DNA of 64,000 nt. It comes from an uncultured Gammaproteobacteria bacterium. Lineage in GTDB: Bacteria > Pseudomonadota > Gammaproteobacteria > CAWCPV01. The position numbers and the translations under genes were made by a program. Positions within the stretch are counted from its first letter, which is position 1. Each line of letters starts with the position of its first letter. Shown piece by piece: positions 1 to 10,149 of the stretch. The notes beneath the pieces are model-generated. The model saw only the letters and a list, made by a program, of their open reading frames with translations. It ran no database searches and was not told the origin of the DNA. The stretch is taken from the NCBI GenBank assembly GCA_963797555.1, contig CAWCPV010000020.1, positions 1 to 64,000 on the forward strand, read 5' to 3'.

Positions 1-482
1 ACGATGAAGTGGATGCCCTTGTGGTCGAACGTATAGTTCGGATCTTGGGAAGAACTCGCGGTAAGCCTCGCCTTCGTCCAGGGAAGCATCGTGTTCACCC
101 GGCATGAACTTCACATCCTTGACCTTCAGCCCGGGGACGATCTCGCGGAAGGCGCCCAGTCGTTCCCGGCGCTCTCGCGGGTCGTCGGTGGTGTGAGTCG
201 AGTCCCCGGTAAAAACGACGAAGTCGGGCTCGTCCGGGAGCCCGTTGACCGCGGCAACAGCCTTCTTCAGGGTATTCGCGGCGTCCGGGTTGATGCTCGG
301 TCCCTTGAAGCCCCAATGCATGTCGGACAGCTGCACGGAAAAGAAGTCCTGCCGGACGGTGTCTTTCGGGCGGCGTGGGCGCCGCCGACCGAGAAATGCC
401 TGAATCCGATGCCCGAGGCGAACACCACACCTCCGATACCGGCCAGTTTCAAGAACGCCCTTCTGTCGATCGCTGAACTCAT
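1..482 (-). CDS. Tat-exported metallophosphoesterase (Icc/CpdA-like), frameshifted, runs off the left edge
   Basis: N-terminal DRRAFLK Tat motif (ORF 267..482). After a frameshift near 345 the minus strand reads QLSDMHWG...FVVFTGDLTH...MPGEHD...FDHKGIHFI, the calcineurin-like phosphoesterase motifs. Confidence 0.8.
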
Positions 483-675
483 GTCCGTCTCCTTCGGTTG
501 CGCTGAATCCGTTTCAGCTACCTGTCCACCCTGATTTCTGCGGACAATATTCCCGACCAGCCGATAGCGCCGGGGTGACCGCAGCTCAAATGTTCAGTTG
601 GCCCTGACCCAGGTCGACAGCAGGCCCGTTTTGCGGTGCGCTTGGAATAAAGTCCCCGTGCGCGGGGTATGATCG

Positions 676-1258
676 GTGTCCGCCCCCTTGGAGCAAGCGT
701 TCTTGTCCGATCGGGATAGGCTCAAGCGTTTCGAACAGATCGCTTTGCCCCACTTGGACGCGGCCTACAATCTGGCGCGTTGGCTCACCGGAAACGGTCA
801 CGATGCGGACGACGTAGTGCAGGAGAGCTTCATGCGTGCATTGAAGTATCTCGACGGATTCCATGGTGACAACGGCCGCTCTTGGCTGATCACCATCGTC
901 CGGCACACCTGTTACAGTTGGCTGAGCGTGAACCGGCCCAAGGAGATTGTAAAGGCTTCGACGAGGAGGCCTACGCAAAGGGGATAAGGCCAACCCGGGG
1001 GTCGCCGGCACCTCCGCCAACAATAACCCGGAGACCTTGGCGCCCAGGGCGGTAAATGTCGGAGTTGATCGACCCGGCCATCGAGGAACTGCCGCTGCCA
1101 TACAAAGAGGTCTGATCCTGAGGGAGCTGGAGGACCTGTCCTACAAGGAGATCGGCAAGGTCCTGACGGTTCCTCTGGGCACCGTGATGTCGCGCCTGTC
1201 GCGCGCCCGCCTCATGCTCCGCGAGCGAGTGCAGAGCCGCGTAGGCGAGGAGGGTTGA
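676..1258 (+). CDS. ECF sigma-70 factor, frameshifted
   Basis: Region 2 ([32 protein letters not shown]) is in 676..987; region 4 ([31 protein letters not shown]) is in 1037..1258. Confidence 0.85.
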
Positions 1259-1259
1259 A

Positions 1260-2013
1260 ATGAACTGCCAGGACGCACTCGACAGGGTGCATCTCTATAC
1301 CGACGGGGAGCTGGACGCCCTGGCGGGCCGGGGCGTCGAAGACCATCTCCTGACCTGCCTGGCCTGCAAGCAGGCGTACCAGTTGCACACCGACCTCAGC
1401 GACGCCGTTCGCACCAAGGCTCGCCGTTATGCGGCGCGGCCCATTTCCTGCACGAATCCGTTCGGCCTCCGGCGGGGGCCCCGTCAGCTCCGCGAAATTG
1501 CTTATAGTGCCGTGGGGTTGGCTCGGTGTGGGGGCTTCCCTCGCGGTGGCCCTGATGATGGCGTGGAATCTCGCTTTCCTGGGGCCTGGCGCGCCGGACG
1601 ACGAACGGCGGCTGACCGACGAAGCGGTTGCCAACCACATACGCTCTCTCATGGCGAACCATCTCACCGACGTGGCCTCGAGCGACCAACACACCGTGAA
1701 GCCTTGGTTCGACGGGAAGGTGGATTTTGCGCCGCCGGTCGTGGATCTCACCGCGCAAGGCTTCCCGCTGGTCGGAGGAAGATTGGAGTACCTGGACGGC
1801 CGCGCCGTCGCGGCACTCGTGTACCGGCACCGATAACATCTGATCAACGTCTTTATCTGGCCCGCGCCGGAGGCAAAGGACTCTTTCAACCGTGCCATCG
1901 AGCATCAGGGCTACAACGTGATCCACTTCACGCATTCGAGCATGGCCTTCTGGGCGGTGTCGGATGTGAACCCGACCGAACTGGCGCAGTTTACGCATCT
2001 GTTGTCAAACTGA
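1260..2013 (+). CDS. Zinc-binding transmembrane anti-sigma factor, with frameshift (~1435) and in-frame TAA (1834-1836)
   Basis: MNC...YTDGELD...HLLTCLAC ZAS motif, then a TM helix and DVASSDQHTVKPWFDGK...GFPLVGGRL; the frame continues past the stop (HLINVFIWP...WAVSDVN) to TGA 2013. Confidence 0.85.
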
Positions 2014-2180
2014 GACACTACCAGGGTGGAGGTGCGGATCGGGGTACCGGAGGCATCGGAAACCGGCCCGGCCCACCGGCTCTCCACGCCGCGCTGTCCG
2101 CGGGCCCGAGAAGGCCGGAGTCGCCGGATCGGCGGCCCGAGCGGATCTCGGCTCGCTCGCCGCCGCCAGCCGCGTACTCA

Positions 2181-2489
2181 GAGGTTGGGAAGAAATCGTC
2201 GCGAGCGGCCCGAGAGCGAGGCGCGCGGAGCGCAGCGACGAGACGTATCAAGCAGATAGGCGAGGAGCGAAAGGCAGGACACCTTCGACCGAATGGCAGG
2301 ACAGCCATTCGGCACGTCCGCGGGACGCCCCAAAGGGGTGGCGTACAGGGAGGTACGCCATGACCGAATGGCAGGACAGCCATTCGGCACGTCCGCGGGA
2401 CGCCCCAAAGGGGTGGCGTACAGGGAGGTACGCCATGACCGCCGCGCAACGCCGCTGTCGGGGCACACAGCAGATTTGTTCACAAGCTC
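2181..2489. mobile_element. MITE-like element copy A with internal 75-bp tandem duplication
   Basis: Imperfect terminal inverted repeats GAGGTTGGGAAGAAAT / ATTTGTTCACAAGCTC, TCA on both flanks; 2287-2361 repeated at 2362-2436; related copies elsewhere in the window. Confidence 0.7.
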
Positions 2490-4000
2490 TCACTAGATCG
2501 GCGCTCCGAGGGTCGCGAAACCCGTCCGGCCGCCAGATCGAAGCGTTCCTGGATAGCCGCATCCGGCGCCTTGCCCAGCAGGCTCACCAGAACGATGGCG
2601 GCCATCGAGAAGGCGAAGCCGGGAACCAGCTCGTAGAGGTCGAAGATGCCGCCGCTCAGCTTCCGCCACACCACCACGATGATGCCGCCCACGACAATGC
2701 CGGCGAGGGCGCCGTCGCGCGTCATGCGCCGCCAGTACAGGGACAGGAGGATGGTAGGCCCGAAAGCTGCCCCGAAGCCGGCCCAGGCGTGGGCCACGAG
2801 GTCTAGTACTTTGCTGTCCGGCTTGAAAGCCAGCCAGCAGGCGACGCCGGAGACCGCGAGCACCGCGCCGCGCCCGACCCACATCAGCTCGCGAGGACTC
2901 GCGGCCGGCCGCAGGAACGCCTTGTAAAAGTCCTCGGACAGCGCCGAGGCGGACACCAAGAGTTGGGCGCTGGCGGTGCTCATGATCGCGGCCAGGATGG
3001 CCGCGAGCAGCGCGCCAGCGACAACCGGGTCGAAAAGCAGCAGCGACAGCTTGATGAAGACTTTCTCGCTGTCGCTCCCGGACAGCGGCGGGCGGAAGTA
3101 GCCCACACCGGCAATGCCCACGAGCACCGCACCGAGAAGCGTGAGTGTGACCCAGCTCACCGCGATCCAGCGCGCCTGGGGGATCTGCTCTTCGGAGCGG
3201 ATGGCCATGAAGCGCGGCAGAATGTGGGGCTGACCGAAGTACCCCAGACCCCATCCCAAGAGGGAGACGAGGGCGACCACCGACAGGGTGCGCCCGTCGG
3301 AGGACACCAAGGGGTTCAGCATCGCCGTGTCGGACAACGTCAACGCCGCTAGCGTCCGCTCCCAGCCGCCTTGGTGCAAGATGGCCATGAGCGGGAGCAC
3401 GACGAGCGCGACTAACATCATTAACCCCTGGACCGAGTCCGTCCAGCACACCGCGAAGAATCCGCCGATGAAAGTGTAGGCCACCACTACCAGAGCGCCG
3501 GCGGCGACGGCCCAGCGATAGTCCAGGCCGAACACCGACTGGAACAGCTTGCCCCCGGCGACGAAACCGGAGCTCGTGTAGAAGGCGAAGAACAGCAGGA
3601 TGAAGAAGGCGGTGATGACCCGCAGGACCCGGGTGCGGTCGTTGAAGCGGCGCTCGAAGAAATCGGGCAAGGTCAGCGCGTTGCCGGCAAGCTCCGTGTA
3701 GCGGCGAAGCCGACGCGCCACGAGCCGCCAGTTGAGGTAGGTGCCGGCCAGCAACCCCAGGGCGATCCATCCCGCCCGGAATCCGAACGTGTAAGCGAAG
3801 CCCGGGAGCCCGAGCATCAGCCATCCGCTCATGTCCGACGCCTCCGCGCTAAGAGCGGACACCCAGTAGCCCAGACGTTGGCTTCCCAGGATGTAGTCCG
3901 CGAAGTCCTGCGTGGAGCGGTAGGCCACCACCCCGATGCCCATCATGGCAGCGACATAGACAGCCATGACGGCTGTGATCAGGGAGGCGTCCTGCACCAT
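2480..4000 (-). CDS. putP: Sodium/proline symporter
   Basis: 506 aa SSS-family membrane protein with ALSAEASDMSGWLMLGLPG, WGLGYFGQPHILPRFMAI and AWAGFGAAFGP. Confidence 0.93.
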   Translation of the reverse strand: MVQDASLITAVMAVYVAAMMGIGVVAYRSTQDFADYILGSQRLGYWVSALSAEASDMSGWLMLGLPGFAYTFGFRAGWIALGLLAGTYLNWRLVARRLRRYTELAGNALTLPDFFERRFNDRTRVLRVITAFFILLFFAFYTSSGFVAGGKLFQSVFGLDYRWAVAAGALVVVAYTFIGGFFAVCWTDSVQGLMMLVALVVLPLMAILHQGGWERTLAALTLSDTAMLNPLVSSDGRTLSVVALVSLLGWGLGYFGQPHILPRFMAIRSEEQIPQARWIAVSWVTLTLLGAVLVGIAGVGYFRPPLSGSDSEKVFIKLSLLLFDPVVAGALLAAILAAIMSTASAQLLVSASALSEDFYKAFLRPAASPRELMWVGRGAVLAVSGVACWLAFKPDSKVLDLVAHAWAGFGAAFGPTILLSLYWRRMTRDGALAGIVVGGIIVVVWRKLSGGIFDLYELVPGFAFSMAAIVLVSLLGKAPDAAIQERFDLAAGRVSRPSERRSSESL

Positions 4001-4263
4001 GGTGGGCCGTACAACCGTTCTTGGCTAGGGGCGTGGAGCTGGTAGATTGCCGCACCGCGGTGCGGGTGTCGATAGCGTTAAGCTCTCGGCATGCCGTCGC
4101 GGAAAGAACTGACCGTGAGTCCACCGCCCCAACCGTGGCGCCGCCCGCTCACGCGGAATACCCGGCCCTGCATCCACGTCAGCAGTATGGACAGCCGGAT
4201 GGACTGGCGGATAGAATCGCCAAGCCGACTGGGCATCCATCTCTACTTTTTGGGGGAAAACCA

Positions 4264-4524
4264 ATGAAAAGGATCGCTGTCGTATTTGCCGCCTCCTTGG
4301 CCTGCTTGGTTCTGTCCGGACCCGTCGCCGTCAGCGCGGCGGAAGCGACCAAGGCTCCGACCAAAGCTCTGACCCCGCAGCAACAGCGGATGAAGGACTG
4401 CAACAAGGATGCGGCCGAAAAGAAGCTGCACGGAGCCGAGCGCAAGAAGTTCATGAAGGAGTGCCTGTCTACCAAGCCCAAGGCACCCGCCTCCGAGACT
4501 GCCCCGCCGCAGCAAGGGAAGTAA
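4264..4524 (+). CDS. psiF: PsiF-repeat secreted protein
   Basis: Signal peptide, then TPQQQRMKDCNKDAAEKKLHGAERKKFMKECLS. Confidence 0.8.
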   Translation: MKRIAVVFAASLACLVLSGPVAVSAAEATKAPTKALTPQQQRMKDCNKDAAEKKLHGAERKKFMKECLSTKPKAPASETAPPQQGK

Positions 4525-4880
4525 ACGCCGACCCGGAGAACCGGGCCACCGCGCTCAACGGATCTCTACCGGTAGAGCACGGGAAAGCAGCCCGGCCGGA
4601 GCAGCAGGCGCACCGCCATCTGGTGCCTGTGCCTCCCGGCCGGGAGGTCCGCGACATCTCCTCGAAAGCCCGGCCGACGCCGGGCTCGACTCTTACGCGA
4701 GCATTGACCTCATTCCCTGGCACGAGCCTGCCGCAAAGGCCGTACTCTCCAACAACTCTTCGCGGCGACCAGGACATGGTCTCCGATGGCCGTCCACTGG
4801 GCAGGCAGCGCTGGGACACCGCAGCTGGTGATCGAGGCGGCCGAACTCGCCTCTTCAGGGCGCGCCCCCTGGCGGTGGCC

Positions 4881-5726
4881 TCAGTCCGTATGCCCGCCCG
4901 AGTTCCCCGTATCCGATCCCAGCCTTCGGGAGACGCGGAACTGCAGAGGGTTGTCCCGCAGGCTCAAGGCACGAGCGCCGTCACCCGGCCGATAGGGCTC
5001 GGGTGAGATGACGTAAGTGCCGTAGACGAGGTATCTCCCTTTTGGGGTGCCCGGCGGCGCCTCAATCTTGAACCCAACCTCGCGGGGCTGCGTCGTGTTT
5101 GGTTGGTCTGCCGCTTCAGGGCCAAAATCCAGGTACGGCCTGGCCTCCGCATGACCCGCGAGCGCCTGTGGCAGCGTCACGTAGCTCGCCACCGAACCGT
5201 TCTCGCTGTCCAGGACCATCCATTTTCCGTTCCGCCAGTCCTGTGGCCGCGGGCTGTTCGGCGTTCCTTTGTCCCAGACAAGCATGCCCTGGTCCGAGCC
5301 GATCAGCAGGCGCCGGAAGGGAGAGTGGCCGTAATCGAGGGCCAGGATGAGTGAAGTCTCATGGACGGGGAAGCGCACCCACAAACAGGCGGGTACCCTG
5401 GCGTAATCCGGGTAGTAGAAGCGGTGGCAGATCACCTCCGGGGAGCATAGGCCGAAGCCCAAGTCTATGCAGGCGCGGCTGCGGGTGACGATGCGCACCG
5501 GGCCGGCAATGTAGCCCTCCAGGTGACCGCGAACATCCTCCTCGGTGAAGCGGACCTGTTTCTGAACTGGACCGACGCTGATATTGGTCCGACCGTAAAT
5601 GTGGATACGGTCCAGCACCGAAGTGCCCTGGATGGCCAGATCCTTGATCACAGCCACCTTCGTGTCGGAGAAGCTGAACGCATAGACCGGCGAGGCGATC
5701 CGTCGCTCCTTGGCCCAGTAACGCAT
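4881..5726 (-). CDS. Hypothetical protein, probably 5'-truncated
   Basis: 281 aa ORF with globular composition; no RBS seen; its 5' end abuts an unrelated brxL-like fragment. Confidence 0.5.
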   Translation of the reverse strand: MRYWAKERRIASPVYAFSFSDTKVAVIKDLAIQGTSVLDRIHIYGRTNISVGPVQKQVRFTEEDVRGHLEGYIAGPVRIVTRSRACIDLGFGLCSPEVICHRFYYPDYARVPACLWVRFPVHETSLILALDYGHSPFRRLLIGSDQGMLVWDKGTPNSPRPQDWRNGKWMVLDSENGSVASYVTLPQALAGHAEARPYLDFGPEAADQPNTTQPREVGFKIEAPPGTPKGRYLVYGTYVISPEPYRPGDGARALSLRDNPLQFRVSRRLGSDTGNSGGHTD

Positions 5727-5770
5727 GTACCGGGTCGGTGAGAGCGCTGGGGGCGGCGAGTCGTGGCCAA

Positions 5771-5869
5771 GCCGCTGACCCGGCTGATGTTGGCCTTGAA
5801 GTAGTCGAAGGCGACCTTCACCGCCTCCTTGGCGGCGCTGCTCGAGCCTAGGCCGGAGACATTCAATTT
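5771..5869 (-). pseudogene. brxL: Fragment of BREX Lon-like protease BrxL
   Basis: KLNVSGLGSSSAAKEAVKVAFDYFKANISRVSG resembles the BrxL C-terminal Lon-domain segment; cut by the IS1380 end at 5870. Confidence 0.55.
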
Positions 5870-7095
5870 CCTGGATCCGTGACTTCGAGTTCTGGGCATC
5901 CGGGGCACGGGATAATGGGAGGTATTCTCAGTTGAGTTGGGGGCTTTGACCTTTTGGCGCTGAATTTCAGGCATAGGTTTACACCGGGGCCTGGTGAGGC
6001 CCGGGTCGAGTTTCTAGGGATGTCGTCCTAGCTACCCGAAGGCGAGCTGGTAATACAGCTGTTCGAAGGCGCGAAAGCCGGGACAGAGCCGCCGGCCGGT
6101 GGCCGCCAGCCGGGCGGCGAGGTACATCAGCTCCTGGAGGACGGTCTTGAGCCGCCTGCGCTTGGCTGGATGGCGAAGAGGAGCCGCCTCGCCGGTCAGC
6201 CCGATAAGTCCGATGAAGCGCAGGATGTTGTAGGCGAACACGGCAAAGGCGAGCACCAGGTCATTGGTGTCGAATTTCCCGGAGGGCAGCCGTTCGATAT
6301 CGAGGTCGGTCTTGAACTCGCTGTGGAACTGCTCGGAGGTCCCGGTACAGGGCGACGATCTCCTCGTCCGGATAGGCCAGGGAGGTCCACCAGCCCTCGA
6401 ATCTCAAGCTCCGGCACCAGCAGTGCCTGGCCCCTCTTGTCGATGGTGCGCTCGGTCACCCGCATCACCCGGCGAACGTACGATGGAGGTGCTCCTCGAT
6501 GACGCTGAACAGCGCCACGCGCTTGCCGGGGCGCGGGGTCTCCCATACCCCTTGGCGCTCGGCGCGCTCCAGCCACTCGCCAGGGTCCTCGCCCCGGGGG
6601 TTGCACTTGATAATGAAGTCCACCTCCTCTTCGAGGTAGCGCAGCCGGTTCTCCAAGGCGTCATGGGCGCTGTCCTGGCGTACCAGCAGCGGCAGTTTGG
6701 TCAGCCGCCGGGCCCGCGGCAAAATACGCTCCCAGACGTAGCGGAATTCCTTCTGGGAGTGCTGTTTGCCTTCACGCAGCTCACAGGCCAGCCCCCAGCC
6801 TTCGGTTCCCAGATAGGCGGCGATCGGCGCATAACCGTCATAGCCGTGGTAGGTGCGCGAGACCCCTTCTTTCTTGGTCCCGGAGTTGTTCATGGGAAAC
6901 ACATCGATGTCGAGCGGCACATGGCCGGTCTTGAGCGGGCTCACCGGCACTTTGGCGTTGACCATGAACTCGATATCGGCCTCGTCGATGACCTCCCGCA
7001 TGAGCGCTGCGTGCTCATCGAGGCGCTGCCTCAAGGTTTCCGCCGAAGGCACCCGCTCCAGCCCCAGCGCCTGGCGGAAAAAATCGTCCCCTCGG
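5870..7095 (-). mobile_element. IS1380-family element, frameshifted and 5'-truncated transposase
   Basis: PSAETLRQRLD, LDIDVFPMNNSGTKKEGVSRTYHGYDGYAPIAAYLG, RRRLKTVLQELMYLAARL; end sequence TCACGGATCCAGG (minus strand) at 5870. Confidence 0.85.
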
Positions 7096-7767
7096 ACGTT
7101 TGTTCTTGAACCGCCCGATGAGCTCCTTCTTTTGGGTATCGACCGAGACCACGGGCAGACCCCGCTGCAGAAAATCGCTCACGCTCGTACCGATGAACTC
7201 GAACTGCGCGTTGCGATCGGGATGGTCCGAGCCTTCTCGGGTCTTGCGATTGGACTGCATACTGTAGCGGAGATCATCGAGCAGTCTCCACACCGTCGCC
7301 TGCGATACCCGATGCCCCCTGTCCCGAAGCTCTGCCGCCAGCTTGGTCGTGCTCTTGCAAGTCCAGCGCAACGGCGACATCGGATCGCCTCGGGTCACCG
7401 GATCGAGCAGTCGATCCAGATCCGAGAGCAGCGTCTCGTCCTGCTCCTGTTGTCGCTTACGCCCACCGCCGGGTCTTCGAATCCTCCGGCGCTCCTCCAC
7501 CCGCGCCGCTTCCCGACCAGCTCTCCTCAGCTCCTGCATCCCCGCGTGTACGGTGGTGCGAGATACACCGGCTGCCTTGGCTCCACGGCTCACGCCTCCA
7601 TAGCCCAAAGCGCTCGCCTCCGCTGCCAGACAAACTCGCAACGAGCGCTCGTCCAATAGCGGTGCGAGTATGCGGTATTTCACCCTCAGTGCATCCTCCG
7701 CTACCATGGACCCAGAGCATAGTCAGAAGCCAACAACTGTTCAAGTTATTATGCATAGGCGCCTTAG
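7096..7767 (-). mobile_element. ISAzo13-family transposase, N-terminal part only
   Basis: LAAEASALGYGGVS, RIRRPGGGRK, GDPMSPLRWTCKST, DRNAQFEFI, SVDTQKKELIG; joined to the IS1380 remnant at ~7100. Confidence 0.85.
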
Positions 7768-7935
7768 CATCCGACGAGCGCCGAAGCTGCCCAAGATGGG
7801 CGGGAAGACCGTGGGCCTTCGTGCGCAAAGTTTCTGCAGTTCCGCCCCTATCGCTTGAGGGGAACTACGAGCCGACGGGAGGCAGCCTTGACCGCGCCAG
7901 GACGCCTCTGTCACAGGTTGCCGCGGGAGTAGTTG

Positions 7936-8448
7936 CTAACCGCACGTTTCGCCTGGCGGGAGACTGACCTTCTCCAAGATGGGATCGAAGACCAACTCGC
8001 AGGATGCGCCCTGGTCGACACCCAGCACGAGCCGGATGGTCTCGGTGACGCCGTCCGGCGGGAAGACCACCTGCACTTGACCGTTGCGCTTGTACGTCCC
8101 GCTCCCCACTGCGACCCCCAATACGCGCACCGGAGCACGTACCAGCAGGTCCTGCAGCAAGCCGTCACGCAGCGGCGTGTATGCGTCGGCGCCGTCGCTC
8201 ACGTCCAAGTGCAGACGTTGCGCCTCCATGTCCAGCGTCAGACGCAGGGAGCGCCCGCCGAGCGCCGCCTCCTCCGCGGCCAACTCCAGGGCGCCCGCCA
8301 TGGCTCGCACCCCCCGCCGCAGCTCTTCCCGGTCGTGACCCACGAAACGCGGCATGAGCAGCGTGAGCGTCACGGCGAAGATCACCATGACCATGGTCAG
8401 CTCGATCAGCGTGAACCCGTCCGCGCCGAGGCGCGCCGGATGGATCAT
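7936..8448 (-). CDS. gspH: T2SS minor pseudopilin (GspH-like)
   Basis: Prepilin motif GFTLIELTMVMVI; directly after gspG. Confidence 0.75.
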   Translation of the reverse strand: MIHPARLGADGFTLIELTMVMVIFAVTLTLLMPRFVGHDREELRRGVRAMAGALELAAEEAALGGRSLRLTLDMEAQRLHLDVSDGADAYTPLRDGLLQDLLVRAPVRVLGVAVGSGTYKRNGQVQVVFPPDGVTETIRLVLGVDQGASCELVFDPILEKVSLPPGETCG

Positions 8449-8458
8449 GGGCGGTTCC

Positions 8459-8896
8459 CTATCGTGGAAGATTCCAGGACTCGATGTCCGCGTCGTTGCC
8501 CTCGCCCCCTGGCAAGCCGTCCGACCCATAGGAAACGATGTCGTAGTCCCGATGCACCCCTGGGCTCAGATACACATAAGGGTGGCCCCACGGGTCGGAG
8601 GGGAGCGCATCGAGGTAACCGCCGTCCTTCCAGTGCTCCGGCACGGGCTCGGTCAGCGGCTTGGTCACCAGAGCCTCCAGCCCCTGGTCGGTGGTCGGGT
8701 AGCGCGAATTGTCCAAGTGATACATCTCCAGCGCTGCACTGATGGCCTGGATGTCGAGAGTCGCCTTGGTGCGGCGGGCCTCCTCCGGTCGGCTGAAGAT
8801 CTTCGGGATGATGAGCGTGGCCAGGATGCTGAGGATGACCACGACCACCAGCACCTCGATGAGTGTGAAGCCCTCGTCTCGTCTCGCTCGGCACAT
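8459..8896 (-). CDS. gspG: T2SS major pseudopilin
   Basis: GFTLIEVLVVVVI, YHLDNSRYPTTDQGLEALV, DPWGHPYVY. Confidence 0.93.
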   Translation of the reverse strand: MCRARRDEGFTLIEVLVVVVILSILATLIIPKIFSRPEEARRTKATLDIQAISAALEMYHLDNSRYPTTDQGLEALVTKPLTEPVPEHWKDGGYLDALPSDPWGHPYVYLSPGVHRDYDIVSYGSDGLPGGEGNDADIESWNLPR

Positions 8897-8934
8897 GGTT
8901 CCTCGCTTGCGCCCCTCCCGGCGGTCTGTCGGCC

Positions 8935-10149
8935 TTACAGGTGGATGAGCTGGTTCATCTCGAAGATGGGATACAGGATGGCCAGGACGATGAATCCCAC
9001 GGCAAGGCCCATGAGCACGATCATCAAAGGCTCCAACACGCTGGTCAAAGCCCCGAGCGCAGCCTGAATGTCCACCTCGTAGCTCGCCGCGGCGCTGCCC
9101 AGCATGGCCTCCAGCTCGCCGCTCTGCTCGCCGGCGCGCACCATGTGCAGCAGCAGCGGCGGGAAGATGCCGCAGCCGCGCAGGGACGCTGCGACGGAGG
9201 CACCCTGGGCCACGTCTTCGGACGCTGCGCGCACGGCCTCGGCGGCAGCCTGGTTGCCCAGCACCTCAGCCGTCAAGCGCAGGCTCGGAACGGCCGGCAG
9301 ACCGCTCTGCAGCAGCAGCCCCATGGTGCGGGCAAAGCGCGCACTGACGATGCGCCTGATGAGCGCGCCGGCCAGCGGCAGCCCTAGCAGCCAGCGATCG
9401 CGCAGCACGCGCCGCGGACCGGTGCGCACGTGCCGCAGACCCGCCCAGACCGCGAACGCCGTCCCACCGATGAGGAGCACGCCGTATTCCGACAGGAAAT
9501 CGCTGATGTGCAGCAGCAGCCGCGTGGGCCAGGGAAGCAGTTGATGCGACTCCTGGAAAACCCGGATGACCTTGGGGACCACATAGGCCAGCAGAGTCCC
9601 CACGATACCCACCCCGACCACCAGCATGAAGGCCGGGTAGATGAGCGCGGCGAACAGGCGCGTGCGCAGCATGCGCTGTTGCTCGATGACGTCGGCTAGC
9701 CGGCCCAGCACTCGATCCAGGGCCCCGCTGGCCTCGGCGGCCGCGATGAGCTGCCGGTGCAGCTCCGGGAACACGCGCGGATGGTCTCCCAAAGCACTGC
9801 TCAGGGAACGTCCTTCATTGACCTGGTTGCGAACGCCGGCGAGCACGCCCTTCAATAAGGGCCGCTCCGCCTGTTCTTCGAGCGCGGCCAGCGCCGGAAC
9901 CACGGGCATCCCCGACCCCACGAGCGCAGCGAACTGACGGAACAACACCGCCAGATCCGCCAAGCCTAGGCGCCGCCTCAGCCAGCCGCGCGACCCGGTC
10001 TGCTGACCGACCTGCTCCTCCCAGATCTGCGCCGGCAGGATGCCCTGGCTCCTCAGGCGCGACCGCGCTGCGCGCGGCGAGTCCGCCTCCACCACCCCGC
10101 GCGCGGAACGCCCGTCTGCCCGCACCCCTTCGTAGGCGAACAGACCCAT
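8935..10149 (-). CDS. gspF: T2SS inner membrane platform protein
   Basis: 404 aa GspF/PilC pattern (AAEASGALD, GEQSGELE, LEPLMIVLMG). Confidence 0.92.
   Translation of the reverse strand: MGLFAYEGVRADGRSARGVVEADSPRAARSRLRSQGILPAQIWEEQVGQQTGSRGWLRRRLGLADLAVLFRQFAALVGSGMPVVPALAALEEQAERPLLKGVLAGVRNQVNEGRSLSSALGDHPRVFPELHRQLIAAAEASGALDRVLGRLADVIEQQRMLRTRLFAALIYPAFMLVVGVGIVGTLLAYVVPKVIRVFQESHQLLPWPTRLLLHISDFLSEYGVLLIGGTAFAVWAGLRHVRTGPRRVLRDRWLLGLPLAGALIRRIVSARFARTMGLLLQSGLPAVPSLRLTAEVLGNQAAAEAVRAASEDVAQGASVAASLRGCGIFPPLLLHMVRAGEQSGELEAMLGSAAASYEVDIQAALGALTSVLEPLMIVLMGLAVGFIVLAILYPIFEMNQLIHL

Noticed and set aside
2287-2441. 75-bp tandem repeat as a mini-CRISPR
   Set aside because: Two identical units with no spacer, inside a MITE-like element.
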